Of a DNA stretch of 64,000 bases, positions 27,209 to 40,008 are shown piece after piece. Origin of the DNA: Octopus vulgaris (Eukaryota); contig OX597815.1 in assembly GCA_951406725.2 (NCBI GenBank), positions 107,880,001-107,944,000 of the forward strand, given 5' to 3'. Each line of letters begins with the position of its first letter. Position 1 is the stretch's first letter. A program made the translations under genes and the position numbers. The notes below the pieces were generated by a model that had not been told where the DNA came from, did no database searches, and worked only from the letters and a program-made list of their open reading frames with translations.

Positions 27209-27487
27209 GGTGAGAACCACGGTCCTGTAAACACTGATCTTTGTTTTGTTCTTCAGACCACCATTGTGCCAAACACGTTTGTACAATCTGCCAAAGGAGC
27301 TATTTGCCTTAGAAAGTCTATTGTTAATTTCCTTTTTGATCCTTGCATTGGATGAGATGATGCAGCCCAGGTATGTAAACTGCTGTATTGATTTCAGGTC
27401 GGTACCGCAGATAGTGATGTGGAGTGGGCGGTATTCTTCTTGGGGTGTAGGTTGGTGAAGTACCTCCGTCTTCTTGAGGCTGACTGC
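27209..27487 (-). pseudogene. RTE (BovB-like) LINE, inverted 5' segment
   Basis: VSLKKTEVLHQP...QFTYLGCIIS...EINNRLSKANSSFGRL...TKISVYRTVVLT. Confidence 0.9.
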
Positions 27488-27489
27488 AG

Positions 27490-28070
27490 TCACATCCATC
27501 TCCTAGAGCGCTTCTACCAGTGATGTCCCTGCACCATCCTCAACATTCACTGGAGTGACTTCATCACAAACATTGAAGTCTTGGAGCGGGCCGAGATCCC
27601 CAGCATTGAAGCCTCACTACTGAAGTACCACCTCTGATGGGCAGGCATGTCTCCAGAATGGAGAACCATCGCCTTCCAAAGATTGCCCTGTTTGGCAAAC
27701 TCTCCACCAGCCACTGAGTGAGAGGAGCTCCAAGGAAGCACTACAAAGGCTGCCTCAAGAAGTCTCTAACAGCATGTCAAATTAACCACCAATGCTGGTC
27801 AGACCTGGCTGCAGACTGTGATGTCTGGCACCACACGATCTTCAATGCAGTCAGCAAGTTTGAGGAACAAAGAAGACGCACTTAAAGACAAGAGATGCAG
27901 GAGGAAGGTGCGAGCCGCCTCTGACACCACACCGGATGTTACCTTCATCTGTGGACACTGCTCATGGACCTGCCTTTCCCATATCAGACTTGTCAGTCAT
28001 GAGTGTGCATGCACGCGACATGGACAGCCTTCCTGATCTTCGTTCACGAAGCCGAGCCATGATGATGATG
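27490..28070 (+). pseudogene. RTE (BovB-like) LINE, 3' segment with (GAT)n tail
   Basis: LLERFYQ..ILNIHWSDFITNIEVLERA..RLPKIALFG..FICGHCSWTCLSHIRLVSHECAC (C-terminal zinc finger), ending GCCATGATGATGATG. Confidence 0.9.
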
Positions 28071-28143
28071 ATATATATATATATATATAAATATATACAT
28101 ACATACATATATACTTATATATATATATATATATACATAAATA

Positions 28144-28691
28144 AAGTAATGTTTGTAACCACTTCAAGATGGCTGTTCCATTTGAGTGGAATTTACTGTG
28201 ATTTTTTTAACTCCAAAAGGACAACTCCTCTAGCTGCATCCGATATATTGCAAGGAGAGAAATGAACCCCTACCACCTTCTCACAATGGGACCAGCATAC
28301 CAGTCTGGTTTCAGGCTATTTCTGCCTCTCTTCAGTACTGGACACCGTGTCTGCTAGAGATGGCAGTAGGTCAAGTCTGCTTGCAATATATATATAAATT
28401 CAAGTGGCTCACTGTTGCTGATTTCACAACAAGCTAAAAAGCTAGTTCCAAAATCTAAGAGATGACTGCAGTAGTTGTACTAGCAAGTAATTCTCATAGC
28501 CACTTCAACATGGCTGTTCTGTTTGAGTGGAATTTATTGCAATTTTTTAACCCAAGAGGATATCTCTAGCTGGATAATGATGCACAGGTGCATCTGATAT
28601 ATTGTGAGCAAGGGAACGTACCCCTACAATATTGCTGGTACAACTACTGCAATCATCTCAAAGAGAGATTTTAGAACTAGCTGTTTAGCTT
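28144..28691 (-). mobile_element. Partial-tandem HHR element (341-bp unit) with inverted terminal cap
   Basis: 28144-28273 resembles 28485-28627 (diverged). 28632-28691 resembles the reverse complement of 28431-28486. (TA)n on both flanks. Confidence 0.8.
28292..28341 (-). ncRNA. Type I hammerhead ribozyme, canonical core
   Basis: Minus strand CCAGTA|CTGAAGA|G AGGC agaaata GCCT|GAAA|CCAG a CTGG|TA|TGCTGG; GUA site. Confidence 0.85.
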
Positions 28692-30060
28692 ATATATATA
28701 TATACACACACATACAAACATACATAAGCACGCATATGCATATTTTTGCGTATATACTCCATGTATGTTTATCTGTGAAGGATGTAAATATCTATGTGAA
28801 ATATAATGAATCAGTGACTGAATCATGGAGAATCATAACCAATGACATAATCGCTTACACATGAATGATAAAAACCAGCCTGGCTTTCACCTCTTTGAAC
28901 TCAGATTATGTAAAAATTTAAAATTTGAACAGATTTACCCAATAAAGACTACACATTTTAAGGTTATTTTTAATCTGACATCAAGGTCACAATCTCTTTT
29001 TTTAATATGAACTCACAAAAAAGAGAAAAATATTATGTTGTTATCCCTATGGTAACCTATATTCTAAGCAAAAAAATTGGTTTATTATTCAACAAAAGTT
29101 TCAAAATTAGGAAAGTTATCACATTTTAATGGTTATTCCTTTATCATACATAATAAATAAAAAGATATAGATCTATACAAAAAATTAGTTTACAGTATAT
29201 TTACTGATATATACAGTCTCATGCATTTACATGTTCATGGGCCAATGAAGAAGCCTCTCTGCAGCTGTCCAGCCTATTTGAAATAGCATGATTTCTATGA
29301 CCGGATGCCCTCTCTAATGCCAACCACTTTATTGAGTGTATTGGATGCCTTAATGCAACACCAGTATGAGTCCTTTTTATGTGGCGCCAACACTTACAAG
29401 CCTGCAAGATTAGGATGCTCAGCAAGAGAGAGAGCAAGGGATGAGCCTATATAATTGTGAAACCACAAACTAGGCCAAAAAACAGAATACATGAAATAAA
29501 ATTGAATAGAAAAACAATTTTATATAGAATTCTACTTAAGTCTCACCTAAAAAACAAAAAAAAAACAACAAAAAGAAACAAAGAATAACTATGGAAGCTT
29601 AAACTACTAGTAAAATATAAACTTGAATTAAAAACACAGCTATATCAAAGTACAAATATATCATAATTCTGAGATCTACCAGGAATAACTGTAATATAGT
29701 GTTTTAAATCCAGCAGTGAGAATTTTATCAGTTATGAAATTATTCCCAAGACTCTTTATGACTTACTGTAGAACATGCAGACAAGAGGTTATTTTGAAAA
29801 TGAGACTGTGAATATCTAGACAAATGGATTTAGAAAGATCAATATTTCTAAGCAAGCATAAAGAACTGATACGGTGATATGAAAAATCCTTAATATAAAA
29901 TGATTGAACTTAAACAGGTTATGTTTGTAATAACATGTTGCAAAGTAAAGCTATTCCCTATGTGCTGCTTGTATAAATATTAATATAGATATATATCATA
30001 TATATAAACACATATATATAAAAAATATATATATATATATAAAATGTATATATATATATG

Positions 30061-30091
<31 letters not shown>

Positions 30092-30188
30092 GTATGTGTA
30101 TATATATGTATATATACGTACATATATACGTATATATATATGTATATATATATATGTATGTGTATATATATATATGTATATATATATA

Positions 30189-30219
<31 letters not shown>

Positions 30220-30258
30220 GGGTGTTGGGTGTGTATATTATATTTTTATAGCTATATA

Positions 30259-30342
<84 letters not shown>

Positions 30343-30422
30343 TATATATATACATATAAACGATGATGATGATGATGATGATGATATATATGTATATATG
30401 TGAATATATGTGTGTATATATG

Positions 30423-30473
<51 letters not shown>

Positions 30474-30943
30474 TATACATATATATGTGTACATATATAT
30501 CATTTATATCATGTAGGTAGGTAGGGTACAGTGCCAGCCGTTTCCTCTTGAAGGGCATCTGCTTCTTCCATTATTACAATTCAGAATGTAGTTGTTGTCA
30601 TTGTTGTATTGATGTAAGGTATATATTAGAGCTGAAAATTCTGAAAATAATGTTTGCAGAATTATTGCATTACAAAACAGGACATTGGGAAGTAGTTTGG
30701 TATTATTCATTCTCCATGTTTTATTTGCCAAAAAGAATTACTGAGTTTTGCATGTTACATAGACATGTAAGGAATTAGAATTAAATAATTTTATTTAATT
30801 CTCTGTCTGAAAAATTTATAATAGGAAATTCCTTGCACGTCTATTTAACATGTAAATTTCTGTAATCCCTATTAATAAATGAAACATGTGTAATGGTGAA
30901 CAAATATTAGCAAATATTTTCCAATGTCTTGTTTTGTTACATT

Positions 30944-31011
<68 letters not shown>

Positions 31012-31012
<1 letters not shown>

Positions 31013-31407
31013 CTTTTACTCTTTTACTTGTTTCAGTCATTTGACTGCAGCCATGCTGGAGCACCGCCTTTAGTCGAGAAAATCGACCCCGGGACTTATT
31101 CTTTGTAAGCCCAGTACTTATTCTATCGGTCTCTTTTGCCGACCCGCTAAGTGACGGGGACGTAAACACACTAGCATCGGTTGTCAAGCAATGCTAGGGG
31201 GACAAACACAACACACAAACACACACACATATATATATACATACGACAGGCTTCTTTCAGTTTCCGTCTACCAAATCCACTCACAAGGCATTGGTCAGCC
31301 CGGGGCTATAGCAGAAGACACTTGCCCAAGATGCCATGCAGTGGGACTGAACCCGGAACCATGTGGTTGGTTAGCAAGCTACTTACCACACAGCCACTCC
31401 TGCGCCT
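31012..31407 (-). mobile_element. SINE family A, young full-length copy
   Basis: Reverse complement of the 18739 copy, CpG-rich. An older tandem copy follows at ~31425-31810. Confidence 0.9.
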
Positions 31408-31810
31408 TATATATATATTTTTGTTTCTTACTTCATCCATTAGACTGCTGCCATGCTGGGACACGACCTTGAAGAATTTTTAGTTGAATGAATCAACCCC
31501 AGTACTTAATTATTTTGCTAAGCCTGGTACTTATTCTATCAGTTTCTTTTGCCAAACTGCTAGGTTACGGGGATGTAATCATCCCCAACACCTGTTGTCA
31601 AATGGTGGTGGGGACAAACACAGACACACACACATACACACACACACACATATGAGGGGCTTCTTCCAGTTTCTGTCTATCAAATCCACCCATAAGGCTT
31701 TGGTCAACCGGAAGCTATAGAAACAGATCCAAGGTGACATGCAGTGAGACTGACCCCAGAACTACGTGGTTAGGAAGCAAACTTTTTGTCAAACAGCCAT
31801 GTCTGTGCCT

Positions 31811-31849
<39 letters not shown>

Positions 31850-31880
31850 TAATACATATATATATGTATGTACATATAGG

Positions 31881-32230
31881 CTTACTTACTTGTACTTGTG
31901 ACGGCGTTCACCCAGAGCGGGTTGAGCTGGCTTCTTCTCTGGTCCTAACGGCATCCCGAACCATGGTGGCCCACGTTCTACAGTCCTGTATGAGGTCATG
32001 GGAGATAGTGAGCCATTTGCAGTTCCATCTGTGCAGACCGACCACCTGCGGACTTGATAGTTTGGAGAGTTTCTCCTTTATCGTCGTTGACCAGGTCTTC
32101 AGCTGTCCGCCTGTGCATTTGTGCCCGCTGGGAAGTGGAGATGGGAGGAGGACATTGCGAATCAGCTCACCCTCTGGACGCCAGGCCACATGACCGAACC
32201 ACCTTAAGCGCCATTGTAAAAGCACCGAAG
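31881..32230 (-). pseudogene. RTE-clade LINE 3' end with (CAAGTA)n tail
   Basis: RLRWFGHVAWRPEGELIRNVLL...GGQLKTWSTTIKE...QDCRTWATMVRD; tail ACAAGTACAAGTAAGTAAG. Confidence 0.85.
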
Positions 32231-32559
32231 GGAAGGGCTGGAGATTCAGGTAACATATAGATGTATGTATTTATGCATGTCGTCTTCTATTTTTAATTAT
32301 CTGAGGTTTTCCTGCAAAGAAGGAGCTACTTAGATACAAAGCACCACATTTTAAATACAAGAAAACTCATGCTTATGATTACTGTTCTATTTACAGACTG
32401 AAAACCCTAGCTTTCCCAGATCGTCACTTAAGCATTCACCATTAAAACCAAATACACCAATTATTATTGGTATAAATGTGAATTAATAATTTGGGTGTAG
32501 AAGCTGACAGTTTTGAGTATGTATATAAGACTGTATGTATAAATGTATGCTGAGTTGAT

Positions 32560-32888
32560 CACTGTTGTCCTTCAATGATTAAGGCCATGGAGGTTAGTGG
32601 GTAACAGTGGAACATAAATGCGATGTTTGACATATCGCTACAAGAAAAAATAATGCGACAGTGATCAACTCAGTAGATCGTGATATGCTGATACGCGTCT
32701 GGGAGGAATTCTCTTATTGCATTGATGTTGGCCATGCTGCAGCTGGTGGCCACATTGAACACTTGTAAGACAGGAAATAAAAGTTGATTGTGAGTAAATA
32801 CTTGTGACTTAGCTGGAGTTTTCTATTGCTTTACCTTATTAAAATATTGCGTATTGAAATTGGTTTATTTTTTTTTTAATAACCCTGT
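32560..32888 (+). pseudogene. Tc1/mariner-superfamily transposase C-terminus remnant with right TIR
   Basis: IRVWEEFSYCIDVGHAAAGGHIEHL* followed by TTTTAATAACCCTGT. Confidence 0.55.
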
Positions 32889-33266
32889 GTGTGTATCTAT
32901 CTGTATATATATAATAAAACAAGGCTGAAAATACTGTAAAAATAAGGAAATATTCTGTAAAAGGACTTATAGTGAACTCAAAAAGAGCAGTCAAAAATTT
33001 ATTATCTTTTCTTAAGTTGAAAATCTATTTATCTCAGTAAAAAAGAATTATGATCAAAGATATTGAAATATGGGTATACATACATACATACATACTTACA
33101 TATATGCATGTATTTTTCTCTGTCCTGTGGACACACATGCGTGCATATGTATATGTTTGTTTGTGTGTGTGTGTAAGCAAGCAAGGGAGAGAAAGAGAGA
33201 GAGCGGAACAAATAGTGAGAAAATTGAAATAGGATTGGAAGTTGGGGAGAGAGAAAGGGAGAATGT

Positions 33267-33337
<71 letters not shown>

Positions 33338-34545
33338 AGAATAGGTTATTCTTCGTGTTAGACTAAGCTACAACAAAGTTATGTGCTTTTCAAAGTCTTT
33401 GAGACCATTCTAAACAGCATGAACATTGCAAAATATAGAAATAAATACATAGATGAATAAATAGATAATTGAATGAATAAAAAGAAGCCAGCAGATGCAC
33501 TAAATTTATTTTATTTGTTGAGTTGCATGGTAAAATCCTTAATTGGTAGAAAGACAAGCATTTCAAAGATAACAGCAACATCAACAACAACAACAACAAC
33601 CACTATAGACACACCAATGGCAAGAACAGGAAAATGACAACCTTATGCTACAACATCAAGAACAACAACGATGGAAAGCAGCAACAGTAGAAGTAGTAAC
33701 AAGACCACTCACTGCAAGAGAAACACCACTAAAAACCACCACCACCACCACTGTTGCTACCATGGTCACTGCTGCCACTACTACCTGTGGCACCACCACA
33801 ACTACACCCACCATTGCTACCACCACTATTACTGCTGCCACCACCACTGCTGTTGCTGTTACCACCACCACTAACATCATAATCATCACTTCTGCTGTCA
33901 TTACTTGTTCTGTTACAAAGAACAACAGACACATGTCGAAACCTCAAATTCCATGAAATATTCTTTGCATTAGACAAACAAGTGATGGTTGAGATTAAAA
34001 CAGGGCCTCCATCTTTGTTGGTGTTGCTACCATTGTCATTGTCTGCCTCTTCCTCTTCCTCTTATTGCTCTCACTTCATCTTCTTCAATGTCTTAATTAA
34101 TCTAATGTGGTGTTGTCATCATGAACGGTTCCATCGTAACATTTATTACCATAACTAATATTGTCATATTCGTTACCACCTCCACCGTAATTGACTGCAT
34201 CATCACTACCACCGACATAAACAGCAGCTCTCCCACCACCATCATCCCTTCTCCACCACCTTCACTGATACTACCTGAATCATCATCATTATCAACATCA
34301 GACTCTCCCTCCTCATCATCATCATCATAACTCTTCTTGCCACTGGCAAATGCTATTTGTGTTTCTAGTAGTTTACTGCGCAGTTCCAATTTGTTTTTTT
34401 ATGTATGTATGTATGTATGTATGTATGTATGTATGTATGTATATATGTATTATGTATATATGTATATATTTATGTATGAATGTATGAATTTATGTATGTA
34501 TGTATGTATGTATTATGTATGTATGTATATATTTATGTATGAATG

Positions 34546-34581
<36 letters not shown>

Positions 34582-35845
34582 TATATATATATACATATAT
34601 ACATAAATATATGTATATATACACACAAGCACATGTGTGTGTGAATGTATTTATGTATATTCAAATCTAAACATTGTCACATTTCTTACCTTCTACAATC
34701 TGACTCGTTATATCACTGTTTAACTCACTGTCTCTCACTGACTATATTGCTTTGTCCGCATCCCTGTTTATCTTATCTTCTCTGTTACATATACAATTGT
34801 CTATATTACTGCCTATATATCTGTTTATGTTAAACATCTATGTCATTATTTATTTCAATGGCTCCCCAATACAGCCATTGAGATAAGTTAACAACATAAC
34901 ACATCAAAATTCTGCAATACATAGTTAAGTGTGAAAAATATGATTTGAGAAAGCACAAGGTTGACGGGATCTTTTAGTCTTGTCTTGTCTGGTGGAGGAC
35001 ACGACAGCCTCTCTACAGCAAGTGCTGCAACAAAATGCACCATGTATATTCTATGAAGTGATTAATGAAAAGAAGGTGACACCACCAGTGCAGGTGCCAT
35101 TTAAAAAGTCCCCAGTTCACACTGTAAAGTGGTTGACATTTGGAAGGGCATCCAGGTGTAAAATCCACATCAAAACTAGCTTTGCCTGTGTGAGTGCCAC
35201 GTTAAAAGCACTCAACTTATCCTATGGGGTGGTTGGTGTTAGGAAAGGCATCCAGCCATAAAAACCATGCCAAAATAGACACAGAAGCATAGCACGGGCT
35301 CCTGCCTTGCCAGTTGCTGTCAAACTGTTCAACCCATGCCAGCATGGAAGGAGGATATTAAACGATGATGATGATGATGAGGGCATCTAGCCATAAAAAC
35401 CTACCCAAAATGATGTGTACATGCATAATAAATGAGAGTAAGCACTTGTTAAGAACTAACTCAGGCTGTGATGACTCTTTCAGTCTATGCCAGCAAGGAA
35501 AGCGGGCATAATAGGATGAAGCTTTAGTGAATATAGAAATTAAGAATCTAATAACTTTATGCCGTTGAAAGTAATTTTATAGACTAAAATATATATAAAA
35601 ACAATTTTTAAATGTGTTTTTTTTATGTTATACATGAATTGTACTCAAATATTTTAATTTGCAATTTGCTCTAAAATCCATTGTGGGTAACACAAAAAAT
35701 TTGAAAATTCATGTACTTATGATATTGCTCATCTTACTACCTGTGTCTATGGCTATGTCATTGTCCTACTTCCTTTGAACCTTCAACTCTTGGTAGAATC
35801 ATTGAGATATCATCATAATAAGGAGTACTGGCTAAGGCATCAACA

Positions 35846-35890
<45 letters not shown>

Positions 35891-35919
35891 ATGCGTGTGT
35901 GTGAGCATGTGTCTGTATG

Positions 35920-35961
<42 letters not shown>

Positions 35962-36117
35962 CATACATACACTTCTAACAATATAGGTGATTTGGCATTC
36001 TCAGTCATACTTTGTGACAATTGAATTTTTCCTTTCTGGTATCACATTGTACCTGGTTGGTTATATTAATTTTTATTTGTGTATGCATATACACACATAC
36101 ATATATACATATATATA

Positions 36118-36298
36118 TTGATTGGCAATTTTCTTCCTCCATCTTCCCTTCTATTGGACTTTCCCGTTTCCGAAGAAGAGCATCTGCTTGAAACATTAAA
36201 CCATCTTTCTTTTCTTCCCTGAGCATCTGCTAATATTTTACATGTACCACGTTCTTATGTTGTTTTTTTTTGTAATTGTTCTTTTGTGGATTTACTAT
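36118..36298 (+). mobile_element. Short HHR-like element (C4 core variant, decayed)
   Basis: 36166-36201 GTTT|CCGAAGA|A GAGC atct GCTT|GAAA|CA|TT|AAAC; its 3' tail is homologous to 7335-7430. Confidence 0.55.
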
Positions 36299-36454
36299 AT
36301 GTGTGTGTGCGTGTGTGTGTGTGCAATTTAATCATGCCAAGGACCTATAATGCTTTAAGGGATGTTTGCATCCTAGTTCTCTGGTTTATACCAGTGTTCA
36401 GTGAAAAACTAAATATGTTAGTCTTGCATTGATTGTATTCATATATATATATAT

Positions 36455-37025
<571 letters not shown>

Positions 37026-37250
37026 AAGTAGATAGATAGATAGATAGATAGATAGATATATCCTTTAAGTTTGTTTATGGGAATGTTTTAAATATGCACA
37101 TAGAACCTTCTATTTTATTATGCCAGCTACAGCCTAATGATACCAATTGGGAATAACATTTTAATGAGCTGTACCAATGTAATGTAGGATGAATATAGTG
37201 ATAATGATAATAATAATCCATGGATGGAATTTATAAATATTCTAATGCAT

Positions 37251-38560
37251 CACTATGCATGTTTCCACAAATCACATGTTCTTTATGATCATGGTCTGTA
37301 TTCCTGGGATGATTACAGTACAGTCCAGAGTATGTATGGATCATATTCATCTGTTCATTTCTTCAGGTGATATGTCATTAAATTTGGAAGCAATGAATGT
37401 ATAACTGAAGGTTGTTAATCAATTTGACCAATGAAAGCATAGATTGGGGTGTGTGGGCAGTTCTCTGTGTACTTGGTGGGGAGGAGTAGAAGGTAATGGA
37501 AAGAGAGACAGGAATGGTAATTATAAAGGAGAGGGAGGTGTGTGTGGTGATGTTAAACTTTTTTTGGCATTTGAGTATGCAAATGTTAGGATTGATGGGA
37601 TAATTCACAAAAATATGTGTACATTGGTGTTACCAGAGACATGATGAGAAGTTGTCTGTGCAACCATCTTATGTCATTTTCCAATGTAAACAAAAGACAC
37701 TCCACATCGTTATTTAACCTAATCTGGAGGCTCAAACAGAATGAAGTGGAGCATACAACCAACTGGTCTATAATAAAAATAAATGCTACACTGAATAATA
37801 GAACATTGTGGGGATGCAACTTATGCCAAGAAGGAAACCCTGAAGATCATCCCATCCGGAGAAAACATAATTAATAAACACTCCAAAGAAATTATATCAT
37901 GTAAGCAAAAAAGCAAGGCATCATTCCTAGAATTTGAAAAGAACATTTTGAAACAGATAAACACTAGCCACCTTTAGCATATAATGGAACAAGAAAAGAA
38001 CATATTAACAACTAAACAAAATAGCCATTGTTTTCATATGCTATATGCTATACCATTACAGAACTAAAAGTAATTAAAAGGAGAATATCATTTATCAATT
38101 CAGACAATGAACTCCAACAGAATAGCTGTACTTGCTGACCCTGCTGGATCTGAATTCAATAAGAGGGTAACAACTGTGGTAAAAGGTCAAACCAATAAAC
38201 TATACTACCCCTCCTGACATCTGCAAACTCAAACATCAAAATAAATCTAACATCACTGCACACACCTCCAATTCCTATATAATTACCATTCCTTTCTCTC
38301 TTTCCATGACCTTCTACACCTCCCCACTAAATATACACAGAACTGCCCACATACCCCAATCAACCTTTTCATTGGTCAAAATTGATAAACAACCCTCAGT
38401 TATACATCTGTTAATGCCATATCACCCAATGAAATGAATGCATGAATATGATAACATGATCCACCCAATGTCTATGGATACTACAGACTGTATTGTAATC
38501 ATCCCAGGAATAGGAACTATGATCATAAAAAAGATGTGATTTGTGGAAACGTGCATAGTG
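37251..38560 (+). mobile_element. 5'-truncated Penelope-like (Neptune-type) element with inverted pseudo-LTRs
   Basis: 37251-~37600 is a diverged inverted copy of ~38225-38560, enclosing a GIY-YIG relic. Confidence 0.8.
37617..37950 (+). pseudogene. Penelope GIY-YIG endonuclease C-terminal relic
   Basis: YIGVT...NHLMSFSNVNKRHSTSLFNLIWRLKQ...WSII...CNLCQE and, after a frameshift, INKHSKEIISCKQKSK. Confidence 0.8.
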
Positions 38561-38564
38561 GTCA

Positions 38565-38910
38565 AGATGATTGCACTGGATCATTACATCCCACAGGATT
38601 TTGCAATTCTAATTTTCAGTGACTCCTTGTGAAGTTTTATCATACCACATTCTTGCTCTTTGTAGGCTGTGATTTCCACAGAGCTCCCAACGGATCATTC
38701 TTGCCATATTTTCATAGCATATTTTGTATTTGTGGTTTGCCAATTTTGGGCTTTTGCAAACGATGTGCCATACCATTTCACCCCTCTCACCACATATTCT
38801 GCATTTGTCACTGTCGGTAGTGTTGTCTATTCTGCACTTCATACAGTTGGTCCTTAATGCTTATTCTTGAGCTGTGCATGAGTGCTTCTGTCTCTATCTT
38901 CAGGTCACTC
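38565..38910 (-). pseudogene. R4/Dong-clade CCHC knuckle / RLE-proximal fragment
   Basis: AQE*ALRTNCMKCRID...KCRICGERGEMVWHIVCKSPKLA...WELC...WYDK...EN*NCKILWDVMIQ. Confidence 0.85.
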
Positions 38911-39051
38911 CTCCTCATCCATAGCTACTGGTCCTCTGTATCTGTCTTTGTGTTCACATCTCTTGCAAACTAACCATACATTTTTTCCTTCCCTGCTTGT
39001 TCTATTATTATTATTATTATATATACATACATATATATATACACATATATG

Positions 39052-39097
<46 letters not shown>

Positions 39098-39100
39098 CAC

Positions 39101-39186
<86 letters not shown>

Positions 39187-39350
39187 ACATATATATTTGT
39201 AGTAAGAGGAGGGGTATGATATCCAGATACCGAATTTCTCTATGTAAAATGCCAAGGTTGGTTTCTACAGACTGCATTTTATGGTAAACTTCCTTTAACT
39301 CCCATTTGAAGTTACAATTTATTTCTTGGCTACTTATAGTGTAAAGTACA

Positions 39351-39580
39351 ATATTGAAAATAAGGAGAATGAAGAATTTGAACATTCAAACTTTACATTT
39401 ATTTCCAGTTAGCTTATTCATAATAACTGTCCGACACGTGTTTCCGTCGTACAAATTGCATAAATATGCAACAATATGCAATTAGTACAATTGAAACATG
39501 TGTCAGACAATTTTTATGAATAAACTAACTGGAAATAAACTTAGAGTTTGAATGTTCAGATATTTCATTCTCCTTATTAT

Positions 39581-39586
<6 letters not shown>
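39351..39586. repeat. Diverged palindrome made of two HHR 3' halves
   Basis: Arms read outward GAAA-CACGTG-TC-GGACAG (-) and GAAA-CATGTG-TC-AGACAA (+). The centre falls in the presumptive stem II and there is no CUGANGA. Confidence 0.75.
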
Positions 39587-39621
<35 letters not shown>

Positions 39622-39625
<4 letters not shown>

Positions 39626-40008
39626 ATATTTTGGAATGGTCATATTGCCAGTTTAGCCAATAAAAACACACGCACTATATATTTGGTGTTATTTTGTTTC
39701 AGTGATATTTATTTTTTACATTAATCTTAATCTTATTTCGGCCAAAGTTCTTTCGTCATACTCCTGTGACCGCATCAGTGGTCCTTTGTTTTCTTCTCAC
39801 TTACTTGTGTCTCTCCTTACTAACCGTCAGTGAGAAGAAAACAAAGGACCACTGATGCGGTCACAGGAGTGTGACGAAAGAACTTTGGCCGAAATAAGAT
39901 TAAGATTAATGTAAAAAATAAATATCACTGAAGCAAAATAACACCAAATATATAGTGCGTGTGTTTTTATTGGCTAAACTGGCAATATGACCATTCCGAA
40001 ATATAACA
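39622..40008. repeat. Palindrome, 180-bp arms, 27-nt spacer, two opposed HHR-like motifs
   Basis: 39622-39801 versus 39829-40008, 3 mismatches seen. The right arm extends as unique sequence to ~40065. Flanked by (TA)n. Confidence 0.95.
39846..39890 (+). ncRNA. Hammerhead-like motif with C at core position 9 (mirror copy 39740-39784 on minus strand)
   Basis: GGACCA|CTGATGC|G GTCAC aggagt GTGAC|GAAA|GAAC|TT|TGGCC. Confidence 0.55.

Noticed and set aside
33645-34389. Mucin-like Thr-rich and Ser/Asp-rich ORFs
   Set aside because: Degenerate CAC/CAT trinucleotide DNA that is open in several frames on both strands, with no splice or domain evidence.
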